Assembly (NCBI GenBank): GCA_014730165.1
Contig: WJIS01000079.1
Coordinates: 1-54,313 of the forward strand
Length of the DNA: 54,313 nucleotides
Direction: 5' to 3'
Origin: Promethearchaeota archaeon
GTDB lineage: Archaea; Asgardarchaeota; Lokiarchaeia; Sigyniarchaeales; SOKP01
Shown here: positions 12,205 through 23,000 of the stretch, piece after piece
How positions within the stretch are numbered: position 1 is the stretch's first letter
Layout of the letters: every line of letters starts with the position of its first letter
Notes under the pieces: model-generated
Told to the model about the DNA's origin: nothing
Database searches by the model: none
Seen by the model: only the letters and a program-made list of their open reading frames with translations
Position numbers and translations under genes: made by a program

Positions 12205-13494
12205 ATGAATTCAAAAGTAGCTAGAGTCTATGATAAATTAAAAGAAATCTTCCTATCTATAGATTCATCCTTTTTTAAACTCCCAGATTCAGAGTTTTTG
12301 AATTCTAATGAAGCTGATCTAGTATTTCAGATGTTCCCTGAATACTATAGAATTATCAGAAAAAGTTTTGATATAGATGAGGAGGAAGCTATTAGAACGT
12401 TAAAACACACTTTCAAAACATTACAGGTTTATTTCTTAATTTTGTCAGATAATTTTGAGTCGAATTTAACTAATGATAAATTTGGTTGTATTAGAGAAGA
12501 ACTAAAAGAGATCGCTGATTTAAATCCAATTATTTTTCCGTTAATTTTACTATTGCATGATATAGGAAGGCCATTCAATAGAACATGGCATACGATAGAA
12601 TCTAAAAATATGATTTATCATAATTCTTTGCTTGATGGATTTGATTTAGAAGAGTTAGAAAAAATCATTGTTCTAATTGTTATTGAGCATCATCTTCTTA
12701 TAGGAACCATATTTACCGGTGAATCTTCGTATCTGGGAAGTATTTCTTTATGGAAATCAATTGCTGAATTAGAACATTCTCTATCTGGTGAATCTATAGA
12801 TATTATTTTTCAATGTTTAAGTGTTTTTACTATTATAGATATTTGGGGATATGACTATTCGACTATTTACGACCATTATTTTGATTATTATACCAATATA
12901 AGACTTAATTTAGCACAAATATTTAAAGAGGTAAATTATAGGAAAGATCTTTCTGGAATGAAAATATTAGAAGAGAAATTGGCTCAATTAGATCATCAAA
13001 ACCTAAAGTGGCGTATTGCTTGTTCATTACGGATATTCCAATTCATTGATACTAAACCCTATTTAACTAAGAGATTCTATTTTAGAAAAATTGAAGAGGG
13101 TTTAGAGCAATTAGGTATGAATTGGAAGCAATTTGAGTCGAGATTGGGAAATTACTGCTCCAGAATCCAGTTTAAATATACTTTGGGGATAATGATGATA
13201 TTAGCAATGAATGAATTTAAAAGAAACCCAATAGATAAATCTTTCAAAATTGAATCAAATATTTTTAATTTTTGGATTGAATGCAGTAAGATAATTTATA
13301 TGTTTCTAAAAAGGAATGAACAACAGAAATCCCCATTATTCTACTATGTATTTGATTTACCTAGAACATGGTTTTTACAAGATTATTATAGAGAGAGAAT
13401 AAAAAAGCCTCTGTTGATAGAAAAAATCAAAAAGAGTAATTTTGATTATAATCATGAAATCTTTGGATATATAAACAAAATTAAGATTAAATAA
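12205..13494 (+). CDS. HD-domain-like hypothetical protein
   Basis: LKHT...LLLHDIGR...WH...IEHH pattern of HD-superfamily metal ligands. Confidence 0.6.
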   Translation: MNSKVARVYDKLKEIFLSIDSSFFKLPDSEFLNSNEADLVFQMFPEYYRIIRKSFDIDEEEAIRTLKHTFKTLQVYFLILSDNFESNLTNDKFGCIREELKEIADLNPIIFPLILLLHDIGRPFNRTWHTIESKNMIYHNSLLDGFDLEELEKIIVLIVIEHHLLIGTIFTGESSYLGSISLWKSIAELEHSLSGESIDIIFQCLSVFTIIDIWGYDYSTIYDHYFDYYTNIRLNLAQIFKEVNYRKDLSGMKILEEKLAQLDHQNLKWRIACSLRIFQFIDTKPYLTKRFYFRKIEEGLEQLGMNWKQFESRLGNYCSRIQFKYTLGIMMILAMNEFKRNPIDKSFKIESNIFNFWIECSKIIYMFLKRNEQQKSPLFYYVFDLPRTWFLQDYYRERIKKPLLIEKIKKSNFDYNHEIFGYINKIKIK

Positions 13495-13533
13495 TTAGCA
13501 TTAGTAATAAAAAAAATGTAGTTTAATTAGAAA

Positions 13534-14097
13534 TTATCCCCTATCGGGTATTTTACTACATAACAGAGAACCCCCAAGCATCCCATTAATTCCACCAAAA
13601 AGTTCGGCGATTATCGTTAGTACAAGAATAATTATTAATAATGTTTGAGAAACCGGCAAAAAATATGTGATCGATAAAAGTATTATACCATCAACTAGAA
13701 ATAATGAACCAAATATTAGCTTCTTTTTTAAATGGGGGGTAGTTATCGTTTTAAATCTTAAATTAGCATCAAAAATGCCTGTCAAGAGTGCCAATACTGC
13801 GGTAAATGGTAAAGTAAATGAGAGCACTGTGATTGTGGTGTATATAGTATCAAAGTAAAACGTCGGGAATATAAGATTCAATAATGTAAGTATTAAAATA
13901 AACATCGTAAACCCTAAAGGAAGATGTAAGATAATTGGGTGCATATTCAATTCCATAAGTTTCCTTCGCTTTTCTGATACTTCACGTGTAAGTTCTTCAA
14001 ATGCACTTTTCGGTACGCCGCAAGCCGGACAGACCTCTCCTAGTTTGCTCTCTTCAATTATAAATCCACAATTTTTACATCTAACTAATTTAGCCAT
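13534..14097 (-). CDS. Rubredoxin-like domain fused to DUF2231-like membrane domain
   Basis: CKNCG...CPACGVPKSAF, then HPIILHLP and four hydrophobic helices. Confidence 0.8.
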   Translation of the reverse strand: MAKLVRCKNCGFIIEESKLGEVCPACGVPKSAFEELTREVSEKRRKLMELNMHPIILHLPLGFTMFILILTLLNLIFPTFYFDTIYTTITVLSFTLPFTAVLALLTGIFDANLRFKTITTPHLKKKLIFGSLFLVDGIILLSITYFLPVSQTLLIIILVLTIIAELFGGINGMLGGSLLCSKIPDRG

Positions 14098-14203
14098 AAG
14101 ATGAATCTTTGATTAGTGATTTTTAAAAATTCTCCTAATAGAAAATCAATCTGATTTATTAAAGCTATAAAAATGAGGAATTAGAATTTAGGATCTTCTC
14201 AAT

Positions 14204-15037
14204 TTAGAGATTAGTTTCTTTCACCTTTTTGAGAAATGCTTGTTTTTTTTTCTCTCCTTTTTTTTCATACTTTGGCCATATTCGTTTTACTTGACTGGGT
14301 AAACACATAATAATTTTTGAGAGAATTCCATCCATTTTAGGAACGCATACTTCAATTTTGTCTTTTAAAATTGCCTTCAGTACACCTTCTGCTACTTCTT
14401 CAGGAGGGACGGGATCATGGAGAAATGTTAACGGTGAGCCACCGTGTTTTGCTTCATATTCTAACATCGGGGTATCAACTGAGTCCGGAAAAATGGTTGA
14501 AACTTTTATATCATATTCCTTAAGCTCTAAGGCGAGGGTCCAATCTAAACCCCTTAATGCAAACTTCGTTGCGGTATATATTGAACTATATGTCTCAGGA
14601 ACTATACCTGCCAATGAAGAAATAGTAATAACATGCCCTTGATTCTGCTCCTTCATGATTGGAATAATTTCTTTAGTGCAAATTATTGCTCCCATAAGAT
14701 TGACATTGATTTGTTTTTCAATATCTTCATAGGTTGTATTTTCAAATAATCCTGGAATGATAATACCAACAGTATTAACTAAAAAATCAATTTTTTGATA
14801 TTTTTCTAAAGTCTTAGAATAGAAGGTTTTGACCTGCTCTTTATTAGTAACATCACATCGAAGCGTGAAAGGTTCTTGTTTCAAATCCTTCGATATTTTT
14901 TTTAATGAACCTTCATCTATATCACCTAATGCGAGTGCTATACCCTCTTTATCAAATAATTTCGCGATTTCTTGCCCAATTCCACCACATGCGCCCATTA
15001 ACACAGCAACTTTACCTTTTAACTCTTCCTTTTTCAT
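14204..15037 (-). CDS. Short-chain dehydrogenase/reductase
   Basis: GACGGIG, CDVT, NTVG, ISSLAG and YTATK (YxxxK). Confidence 0.93.
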   Translation of the reverse strand: MKKEELKGKVAVLMGACGGIGQEIAKLFDKEGIALALGDIDEGSLKKISKDLKQEPFTLRCDVTNKEQVKTFYSKTLEKYQKIDFLVNTVGIIIPGLFENTTYEDIEKQINVNLMGAIICTKEIIPIMKEQNQGHVITISSLAGIVPETYSSIYTATKFALRGLDWTLALELKEYDIKVSTIFPDSVDTPMLEYEAKHGGSPLTFLHDPVPPEEVAEGVLKAILKDKIEVCVPKMDGILSKIIMCLPSQVKRIWPKYEKKGEKKKQAFLKKVKETNL

Positions 15038-15274
15038 ATAAATAATTCAACTATATTTTGAGTAATCTATGTGATTTAATATTATATTCAAAAACATAAA
15101 TACTTCATTTTCTTCAACCCAAATATTATCTATTGTTAAAGAAGATAAAGAATTATATGTGAAGAAGATAAGAGGTGATAATGATTAATTATTCAAATTA
15201 CATTAACTTATTTAAATTATGTTGACTTAATTTTAGGCAATAAACAAATTGCTTTTGCTAGTGTATTAAATATT

Positions 15275-15463
15275 ATGGTGTGGGGAGGTTCTTTAAACTC
15301 AAAAGGTTCTGATTATCTGAAAAAGCTTCGGGAAGCAGATAAAGTAGTAGGTTTTTTAGATAGGATTAAGGAAAAACTGAAACCGGAAGAAAAGTCCCAT
15401 ATTAAAAAGACGATCGACATAATTAGTGATTATGTGAATAGATTAACCGAGTCAAAAGAATAA
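15275..15463 (+). CDS. Small helical hypothetical protein (start uncertain)
   Basis: Protein-like amphipathic composition; fills the gap and converges on the next gene. Confidence 0.55.
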   Translation: MVWGGSLNSKGSDYLKKLREADKVVGFLDRIKEKLKPEEKSHIKKTIDIISDYVNRLTESKE

Positions 15464-15471
15464 GTTAATCA

Positions 15472-16044
15472 TTAAATCTCAGCTATTAATTTTTTAATCA
15501 TATCTATCATTTGATCAGCTGTTTTTTGGATTACCTCTGTGAGTTGAAAATTGAAAAAAGGGAGATCTTCATTCTCATTAATATCATCGATAGTAAGTTC
15601 TCCTTCTTTATATTGAGTGAGTTCCGTAAATCCATCAATACTCTTGGGAACAAATCCGATCATAAACACATCAGTTAATTCCGGTGTTTGTGCTTTTAAA
15701 TAATCGATCACTACATGGATGGGAATGGTGTGGCTCGAAATCGGAACCAAATCAACCATATGTTCACGTTCTATCAAAGCAACGGTTCCGGGTTCTCTAC
15801 TTAATGTACATGTATCAAGAATTACCAAGTGGGTTGGATTAAAATTTGTGATATCTTGGACTCTAGCAAGAGGATCTATACCAGCATTAATAAATAAGAC
15901 TTTATCACTTGAATGAGAGAGTAGTTCAGTTATAATATAGGGTCCAATTCCATCATCTTGCATTTTTTCCTCTCCCAAACCCATAAACACAATTTTTTTG
16001 GCATCCTTAAGTCTATTGAATAATTTATCGTACAAATCTTTCAT
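15472..16044 (-). CDS. Hydrogenase maturation protease (HycI-like)
   Basis: GLGEEKMQDDGIG, INAG..P, LVILD and SSHTIP motifs. Confidence 0.88.
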   Translation of the reverse strand: MKDLYDKLFNRLKDAKKIVFMGLGEEKMQDDGIGPYIITELLSHSSDKVLFINAGIDPLARVQDITNFNPTHLVILDTCTLSREPGTVALIEREHMVDLVPISSHTIPIHVVIDYLKAQTPELTDVFMIGFVPKSIDGFTELTQYKEGELTIDDINENEDLPFFNFQLTEVIQKTADQMIDMIKKLIAEI

Positions 16045-16142
16045 AACTAACTCTGATAATATTCACTGCTAAATTAAATTATCAATAGATTGTGTTTAAA
16101 AGTAAAATTCATTAGGAAAGTTGGATTTAAATATAATGAGAG

Positions 16143-16742
16143 ATGTCAGATAATTCAAGCGAAAAGGTCCAAATTGAAGGAAAGATCAAAGCAAATAAAG
16201 TAATAGTTATGGATCCCGATGGAATCTCAGAGTTCTATGAAAGCAGTTATATTGGGACAATTGAAAAAAACAATTCGAATGGTGAGGTTTTATATTTAGA
16301 TCCAATCGAAGTTCTTCTATTGAAAGAGAGGCGTCGTATCCTATTATGGCCAGCTAATAATAAAGATAAAGATTTATTTGATTTTGAAGGATTATTGACC
16401 TATTTTACGAAATATGATAAGAATTTATGGCAAAAATATATCATTTATATGGATCTGAGAAAAAGAGGCTATATAGTACGAGGAGGATATGGAGATGGAA
16501 TTGAATTTCGTGTGTTTAAAAGAGGTGCTGATTTTAGAGAAGATTCAGCAAGATATTTGATCTATCCCGTTTTTGAAGGTTCACCTATAGAATTGCGAGA
16601 TCTTGATAAAATTTCTAGAGTTGCACTAAGTTCAAGAAAAGATTTAATTGTCGCTACCGTTGATAGATTAAGCAAACCTATATATTATAGTGTAAAAAAG
16701 TTTGAGATTTTAAATAAAGATATAAGTGGTGATGAGCGTTAA
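16143..16742 (+). CDS. endA: tRNA-intron endonuclease family subunit (possibly non-catalytic)
   Basis: LDPIEVLLL, YMDLRKRGYIVR, FRVFKRG and RVALSSRKDLIVATVD...YY. Confidence 0.85.
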   Translation: MSDNSSEKVQIEGKIKANKVIVMDPDGISEFYESSYIGTIEKNNSNGEVLYLDPIEVLLLKERRRILLWPANNKDKDLFDFEGLLTYFTKYDKNLWQKYIIYMDLRKRGYIVRGGYGDGIEFRVFKRGADFREDSARYLIYPVFEGSPIELRDLDKISRVALSSRKDLIVATVDRLSKPIYYSVKKFEILNKDISGDER

Positions 16743-18402
16743 CGATAAATTCGTGTGCGATACTTCAGTAATATTTAACGGTCAGATTTTAACATTAATC
16801 GAAGATGGAGAATTAGGTGATACACCTGAAATCTATGTCCCTAATGTTGTAATTGCAGAGGTGGAATACAGATCAAACATTCAGAAGGAAATAGGTTTTT
16901 TTGGGATTAATGTTATGAAAACTTTACGAGAATTAGATAGTGATGGGGAAATTCATTTAAAGATAACTGGAAAAAGGCCTTCGAAGGACGAAATCAAATT
17001 GGCACCCGGAGGAGAATTAGATGCGAAAATTCGAGAAGAAGCAAAAAACATTAATGCGGTTCTCATTACAGCAGACCGAATTCAAGGAGATATAGGTATC
17101 TTTGAAGGTCTTGAGGTTTTTTATGTTAAAGATAAAGTTACTAAAAAACCTACAGAACCCCTTACTCTTAGATTACTGGATTTTTTTGACCCTGATACAA
17201 TGAGTGTTCATCTCAAGCGAAATATCCCACCTTATGCTAAAAAAGGCGGTCCAGGGAGTTGGAGATTAGAAAAAATATCCAATGATATTATTAGTAATAA
17301 ACTAATTGAACAAATTGCCTTAGAAATTGTAGAGTATGTAAGGGAAGATGAGCATTCATTCATAGAAATTGAGAAAACGGGGGCATTGGTTGCTCAAATG
17401 CGTGAATTTAGAATTGTTATAACTCGGCCTCCATTTTCAAATGATGTCGAGATCACCGCAGTAAGACCTCTTGTGAACCTTGAATTAAACGATTATTCAA
17501 TCAATAATAGATTACAGAGGAGACTAGATAAAGCTGAAGGAATACTCGTTTGTGGAGCCCCCGGTGCGGGAAAATCCACATTTTCTGCTGCTTTAGCTAA
17601 TTATTATTTAGAAAATGAAAAAGTTGTAAAGACACTTGAAAGTGTCAGAGATTTACAAGTTAAACCCGAAATTACGCAATATACCAAATTAGATGGTAGT
17701 TTAGAAAATTCAGCCGATATTTTGCTGCTAGTAAGACCCGATTTCACCATATTTGATGAAGTTCGTACAACGGCAGATTTCAAGATTTATACAGATTTTA
17801 GATTGTCTGGAGTAGGAATGATTGGTGTGGTTCATAGTTCGTCTGCTATTGATGCGGTTCAACGATTTATCGGAAGAGTTGAACTTGGAATGCTTCCTTC
17901 CATAATTGATACAATCATCTTTATTAAGGGAGGAGATATTGAAAATGTGTTGGTAGTTAGAATGACAGTCAAAGTTCCATCTGGGTTTAAGGATAAGGAT
18001 CTAGCTCGTCCTGTAATAGAGGTGAGAGATTATGAGACCAGAAGATTAGCATTTGAAATTTATTCTTTCGGTCAAGATATTGTATTAAATCCTATCAATC
18101 CAATTAGAAGGAAAGATGGATTTGATGATTTTGAAAAGTATTCTCCGTTTGAAAGTCATAATAGAAGAAGTAGCGGAGATGAGTTTCATATAGATATTAA
18201 TATTAAAGGAGACAGGATGATAATTACTGCCCCAGATCGATATTCATCCCAAAATATACAGATATTATCAGAGCATAAATTAATATTTACTGGTGCGTTG
18301 AGTAGAAGTGGAGATATAACACTCTCATTGTCACAAAGGGAAGGAAAGAAAATATTGAGAGAAATGGAAAAACATAAAAGAATTTATGGAAAAGTAAAAT
18401 AG
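16732..18402 (+). CDS. PIN-domain ATPase (PINA / PINc-VapC ATPase)
   Basis: N-terminal PIN (VCDTSV...AEVE...DAKI...TAD), TMSVHLK, Walker A GAPGAGKST, RPDFTIFDEVR, GVGMIGVVH, DLARPVIEV; overlaps the endA stop. Confidence 0.92.
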   Translation: MSVNDKFVCDTSVIFNGQILTLIEDGELGDTPEIYVPNVVIAEVEYRSNIQKEIGFFGINVMKTLRELDSDGEIHLKITGKRPSKDEIKLAPGGELDAKIREEAKNINAVLITADRIQGDIGIFEGLEVFYVKDKVTKKPTEPLTLRLLDFFDPDTMSVHLKRNIPPYAKKGGPGSWRLEKISNDIISNKLIEQIALEIVEYVREDEHSFIEIEKTGALVAQMREFRIVITRPPFSNDVEITAVRPLVNLELNDYSINNRLQRRLDKAEGILVCGAPGAGKSTFSAALANYYLENEKVVKTLESVRDLQVKPEITQYTKLDGSLENSADILLLVRPDFTIFDEVRTTADFKIYTDFRLSGVGMIGVVHSSSAIDAVQRFIGRVELGMLPSIIDTIIFIKGGDIENVLVVRMTVKVPSGFKDKDLARPVIEVRDYETRRLAFEIYSFGQDIVLNPINPIRRKDGFDDFEKYSPFESHNRRSSGDEFHIDINIKGDRMIITAPDRYSSQNIQILSEHKLIFTGALSRSGDITLSLSQREGKKILREMEKHKRIYGKVK

Positions 18403-18745
18403 ATACTTATTTAGGATAACTTTCTCATAGAAAAAGTGACTCTTTTGATGACGTTTTATTGGTTATTAAAAATAATTATTTATTCTAGATTAACTATTCT
18501 AGATCTAGGTTAAAAATTTAAATAATACGATATCTGTAAGATTTTCATAATAGCTTAGAATATTAATTTTGAGATTAAAATGAGCAAATTTTGAGACAAT
18601 TACATAAATCTACATTATATCTTGTTTAAAAAAGATCTAGAAATATGAAAGGATTAATAGAAAAGCTGAAAACCCATATTTAATAAATTATATAAAAATT
18701 AAATAATTTGAATTATTTAGCAACTAAAAACTAAATCTGAAGGAT

Positions 18746-19474
18746 ATGTCAAAACAAAATTCTCCTAAATCAAAGGAAATAGATACTAAGCAGTTAGAAG
18801 AGCAAATAGCACAACAAATAAAAATAGCTGATGCTCTAAATAAGATGATTAGAATTAGAATTCTTACATTATTATGGATTTATAGGGAACAAAGTGTAAA
18901 CGATCTGTGCGAGAAATTAGGAAAAAGCTGGCCAACAGTGAATACACATCTTGAAGCTTTAGAAGAATCTGGTTTGCTCGATATAAGAAGAGTAAAATCT
19001 CCTGGTCCAAAAAATAAGAAATTGTATTCGGTTAAACCCAATATGCTTAAGTATACTCGATTGAATCCAGATTTTCTTAAATTACCTCCAGAAAAGGTTG
19101 TAGAAATTTTAATGAAAGATATAGAATCTGATGCTAAAACGTTAACATTAATTCAAAAGGTTTTGGATGATATTCCCCCCTATCAAGAAGAACTACAAAG
19201 GAAATTAAAACAAATGAGTCCATCTAATGAAAAACTCAAACAATTTTACCTTAAAAAACACATAAATTACTATGTAGAAACACTTGATGAGGAAGATTTT
19301 GAATATTATTTTGAAAAACAAATGGAATTATTTGAAGAATTAGAGGAATTTAAAAAGGAGAAAAAGCAAAAAGATTCTTTAGAAGAAACAGAAAAATCAT
19401 ATATTCTATTCCAAGTAATACTTCCCGTTAGAGAAATTCAAAAAGCTCGTTCTAATCGGTTATGGAAAGTCTAA
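18746..19474 (+). CDS. ArsR-family winged-helix transcription regulator
   Basis: ALNKMIRIRILTLL...SVNDLCEKLGKSWPTVNTHLEALEESGLL. Confidence 0.85.
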   Translation: MSKQNSPKSKEIDTKQLEEQIAQQIKIADALNKMIRIRILTLLWIYREQSVNDLCEKLGKSWPTVNTHLEALEESGLLDIRRVKSPGPKNKKLYSVKPNMLKYTRLNPDFLKLPPEKVVEILMKDIESDAKTLTLIQKVLDDIPPYQEELQRKLKQMSPSNEKLKQFYLKKHINYYVETLDEEDFEYYFEKQMELFEELEEFKKEKKQKDSLEETEKSYILFQVILPVREIQKARSNRLWKV

Positions 19475-19486
19475 TCTGAGATCTAC

Positions 19487-20242
19487 TTATCTATTTTTAA
19501 CATTATGTATTACTTTATCCACTATGGGTATTAAGACATCATTGATATTCTGATGAAATCTCAGATCTGCTTTAGAATCATAAGGTGTGTCTCCTAAATT
19601 TAGGATTATAAGTTTTGCCCCATTTCGTTTTGCGATTCCAGGCATATTTGCAGCGGGTGTGACAACGAGGGATGAACCTATAACCAAAAAAACATCCGAA
19701 CGTTCTGAAGCTTCAAAAGCATCATTTAATTCATCCTCGGGTAATGGATCTCCGAAATTCACAATACTAGATATAATCCTACCACCGCAGTATATACAAT
19801 TAGGTTGATTTTTTCTTATTCGATTAGTTCTATATCCCTTCCCCCATTTCAATTTATCCCAACCTGCTTCCTCAAAAGTCATCTTTTTATTGCAATTCAA
19901 ACATTTAAGAAAATACATATTTCCATGTAATTCCGACATTTTTTCAAAAGGGAATCCCGATTTCGCATGTAATCCGTCCACATTTTGGGTTATAAGAAAA
20001 TCTAATTGTTCAATTTCAAGTAAATCTATTAAAGCTTCATGACCGACATTGGGTTTTACTTGATCCCAAGGAGGACTTTTCGGAGGGGGTAATCCTTTAT
20101 CTCTTCTAGTCCACACACCATCAGGACCTCTATAATCGGGTAACCCGCTCTCCGTTGAAATACCTGCCCCTGTAAATGCAACGGTGTATTCTGAATCAAC
20201 GATCCAATCTGCAACTGTCTCAATTTTATCTTTAAGATTCAT
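19487..20242 (-). CDS. cobB: Sir2-family NAD-dependent deacylase
   Basis: FTGAGISTESGLPDYRG, TQNVDGLH, ELHGN, two CxxC pairs, GSSLVVTPAA. Start taken at MNLKDK. Confidence 0.92.
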   Translation of the reverse strand: MNLKDKIETVADWIVDSEYTVAFTGAGISTESGLPDYRGPDGVWTRRDKGLPPPKSPPWDQVKPNVGHEALIDLLEIEQLDFLITQNVDGLHAKSGFPFEKMSELHGNMYFLKCLNCNKKMTFEEAGWDKLKWGKGYRTNRIRKNQPNCIYCGGRIISSIVNFGDPLPEDELNDAFEASERSDVFLVIGSSLVVTPAANMPGIAKRNGAKLIILNLGDTPYDSKADLRFHQNINDVLIPIVDKVIHNVKNR

Positions 20243-20362
20243 TTTTATAATCAAACTATTATAATTCTTAATTATACACAAATAAAATCGCTAATTTAAA
20301 ATCTAAGTTTCATGGATTTTTATATGAAATCATAGAAAAAATAAAAATAGCGCAATTAGATT

Positions 20363-21145
20363 TTAAAATGGCCAACCTCCACCACCAGGGAACCGCTTTC
20401 GAGGATGACGATGAGGAAAAGGTATCCATCCAGGTCTACCGAATGGACCATGCCTATTATCATGTAAAACATTATCAATAGAAAGCACAAATCCTAAAAG
20501 GATTCTACGATCTGTTTCATTATCAAGAATCTTCAACGCATATGTATCCTTGAAATCAAATAATCCTCCTAAAAATATATCACGCCATCTATCTGCTTTC
20601 TCAATCTCAGCTACAACTTTTCCTGTAGACAACTCTCTGATTTTATAAGACCATCCCATAAACTCTCCTTGAGCTTCGTACCAACGATTACCACCCGGGT
20701 CTTCTAACCAAAAAAGTGGGCGAAATACAGAAGTAATTTTCTTTTTTATTCTCGCAATTAAAAGTCCATTAGGATCTTTAAGATCTTGGGCTCCTCGTGC
20801 GGAAACGATTTTTTCATGAATCGTAGCTGCAACAACCCCATTCATTTCTAATAACTCAATTTTTTTACGGATATTAAAAATCTTTCTGTTCATTCTTCCA
20901 ATTATCTTACCATTTTCATCCAAAATATCCCCACTTCCCCAATCCCAATATTTTTCTTTAAGAACATAATAATTTCTATTAACATCAAACAAGCTTAAAC
21001 TAGTATTGTTTCTAGTTTCTTTGGGTGTGGTTGCAACTTCATTAGATTCTTCATCTTTTAATTTTTCTCCACAAAATTCACAATAATTATAATTGGAGCC
21101 TTTTAGTTCTGTACCACAATTAGGACAATACATTTTTTCTATCAC
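20363..21145 (-). CDS. Zinc-ribbon + LURP-one/Tubby-C/scramblase-like protein
   Basis: CPNCG...CEFCG; repeated beta hairpins with IARIKKK, DTYALKI and a final helix LLGFVLSID; G/P/H-rich tail. Confidence 0.75.
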   Translation of the reverse strand: MIEKMYCPNCGTELKGSNYNYCEFCGEKLKDEESNEVATTPKETRNNTSLSLFDVNRNYYVLKEKYWDWGSGDILDENGKIIGRMNRKIFNIRKKIELLEMNGVVAATIHEKIVSARGAQDLKDPNGLLIARIKKKITSVFRPLFWLEDPGGNRWYEAQGEFMGWSYKIRELSTGKVVAEIEKADRWRDIFLGGLFDFKDTYALKILDNETDRRILLGFVLSIDNVLHDNRHGPFGRPGWIPFPHRHPRKRFPGGGGWPF

Positions 21146-21245
21146 TTCTGATTAAAATTAATATTGAATCTAGTTAATGTATAATATCAAAAGTTAATTA
21201 AATTACAATAGTCCGATTTTTATCTCATTTTTTAACTTTATAATC

Positions 21246-22037
21246 TTAATTTGTATCTTTGAAATTATCAGCGATCCTCTCAATTAAATTTCGTAGATTT
21301 TCTTTAAGATTATAGTATGAAATTACTTCAATAATACTTTGAATATTATCCAGTGAATCATTTTTATGAGAATCAGTTCCAATTCCTACAAGGATACCAT
21401 TATCCCTAATTTTGTCAAATAATGATTCTTTATAACGACTTGAATAAAATTCAGAGTATCTAGAATTCAATTCGTAATAAATTTGATTAGCTTGCATAAA
21501 CTTCAAAAGAGAATCATAGCCGTAATGAATAAATGTGGATGGATCAAAGTGTGCTAAACCTAATATGGGAAACTTCCCCGAAATAAGAGATTCATTTTTC
21601 CAATATCTAAGAATACGGTCTACAAATTCGATTGACTCCGGATTTTCTAAATATTCAAAGAGTATGATATCAAATTCATTTGGTTTGACTAATTCGGTAA
21701 TATAATCAAAACTACTAGATAAATCAATCTCCACACCCTTTAAAACTCTCAGACCTTTCTTAGTTTCAATGAGAGATTGATTTAGAAAAGAAATCTCTCC
21801 TAAATACCTTTTAATTTTTTGGTGAGTGTCTAAGGTTTGTATAATGTTGCTTTTCCAAGAATTTGAAAGATGATCTGTAATTGTAATGAAATCAAAATTA
21901 AATTTGATGGCAGATTTTACAATCTTTTTAAGAGAATTCTTTCCATCAGAATAATCTGAATGTATATGTAAATTTATTTTTGGTAATTCTTCATTTAATG
22001 AGGAATCTGACAATTTAGGCTGATCTCTTATAACCAT
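21246..22037 (-). CDS. PHP-domain protein
   Basis: NLHIHSDYSDG, ITDH, GVEID, LAH, ELN, GTDSH. Confidence 0.9.
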   Translation of the reverse strand: MVIRDQPKLSDSSLNEELPKINLHIHSDYSDGKNSLKKIVKSAIKFNFDFITITDHLSNSWKSNIIQTLDTHQKIKRYLGEISFLNQSLIETKKGLRVLKGVEIDLSSSFDYITELVKPNEFDIILFEYLENPESIEFVDRILRYWKNESLISGKFPILGLAHFDPSTFIHYGYDSLLKFMQANQIYYELNSRYSEFYSSRYKESLFDKIRDNGILVGIGTDSHKNDSLDNIQSIIEVISYYNLKENLRNLIERIADNFKDTN

Positions 22038-22135
22038 TAAATAGTTTATAAATATAAAGATTTTGTATAATCTCTTTTAATTTAAAATATAGATTTGAAT
22101 AATAAATTCATTATTGATAATATCGGGAAAAAAAT

Positions 22136-22957
22136 GTGAGAAGAATTACATTTGGTAATACAAGTGAAAAGATTCCAATTTTAGGGCAAGGAACTTACGG
22201 TATATTCCCTGATCAGTCTGAAAAGAATTACGAAAATTGGAGGAAAGTATTGAGAAGAGGTATAGAATTAGGTATGACTCATATTGATACAGCAGAAATG
22301 TACGGTGATGGATATTCTGAAAAAATTGTGGGTGAGGTCGCGAAAGAATATGAGAGAGAGGATTTATTTATTACTACGAAGATGCTTCCTTCAAGAAAAA
22401 CGGACTCTCAAATGGAAAGAGCGATAAATAAGAGTTTAGAAAGATTAGACATGGATTATGTAGATCTATATCTCATACATTGGATTGAAGGAGATAGCAA
22501 TCTTAAGAAAATTATGAAGAACTTTGAAACCTTTATCAATAAAGGTAAAACAAGATATATTGGAGTAAGTAATTTCTCGGTTGATCAAGTAAAAGAAGCA
22601 CAGAAATATCTAAAAGAATACTCTTTGGAGACTAATCAGGTTAAGTTTAATATTATAATTCAAGATCAGTTAAAGAAATTTGATTATTATAAAAAAAATA
22701 ATATTACTATCACAGCGTATACACCATTAGCGAAAGGAAATTTAAATGGATTACCGAATGAAAAAATGGGGATAGTAGAAGGATTAGCAGATAAATACAA
22801 TTCAACTAAACTTCAAATCACGTTATCATGGGTAATTAATCAAAAAAATGTTATAGCAATACCTCGAACATCGAATATCAAACATTTAGAAGAAAATACA
22901 AGAGCTTCTAACATCAATCTAACAGATCGAGAAATAAAGAAATTAAGTATTAGCTAA
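22136..22957 (+). CDS. Aldo/keto reductase
   Basis: LGQGT, IDTAEMYG, FITTK, DLYLIHW, IGVSNF, AYTPLAKG, IPRTS...HLEEN. Confidence 0.94.
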   Translation: MRRITFGNTSEKIPILGQGTYGIFPDQSEKNYENWRKVLRRGIELGMTHIDTAEMYGDGYSEKIVGEVAKEYEREDLFITTKMLPSRKTDSQMERAINKSLERLDMDYVDLYLIHWIEGDSNLKKIMKNFETFINKGKTRYIGVSNFSVDQVKEAQKYLKEYSLETNQVKFNIIIQDQLKKFDYYKKNNITITAYTPLAKGNLNGLPNEKMGIVEGLADKYNSTKLQITLSWVINQKNVIAIPRTSNIKHLEENTRASNINLTDREIKKLSIS

Positions 22958-23000
22958 ATAATTCAAAAATGATTTTATCATTCATCGGTTTCTCAACAGA

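Noticed and set aside
18403-18745. AT-rich gap with several AGATCT/TCTAGA words as a possible origin or repeat array
   Set aside because: No regular spacing, no ORB-like G-string and no cdc6/orc1 gene nearby.
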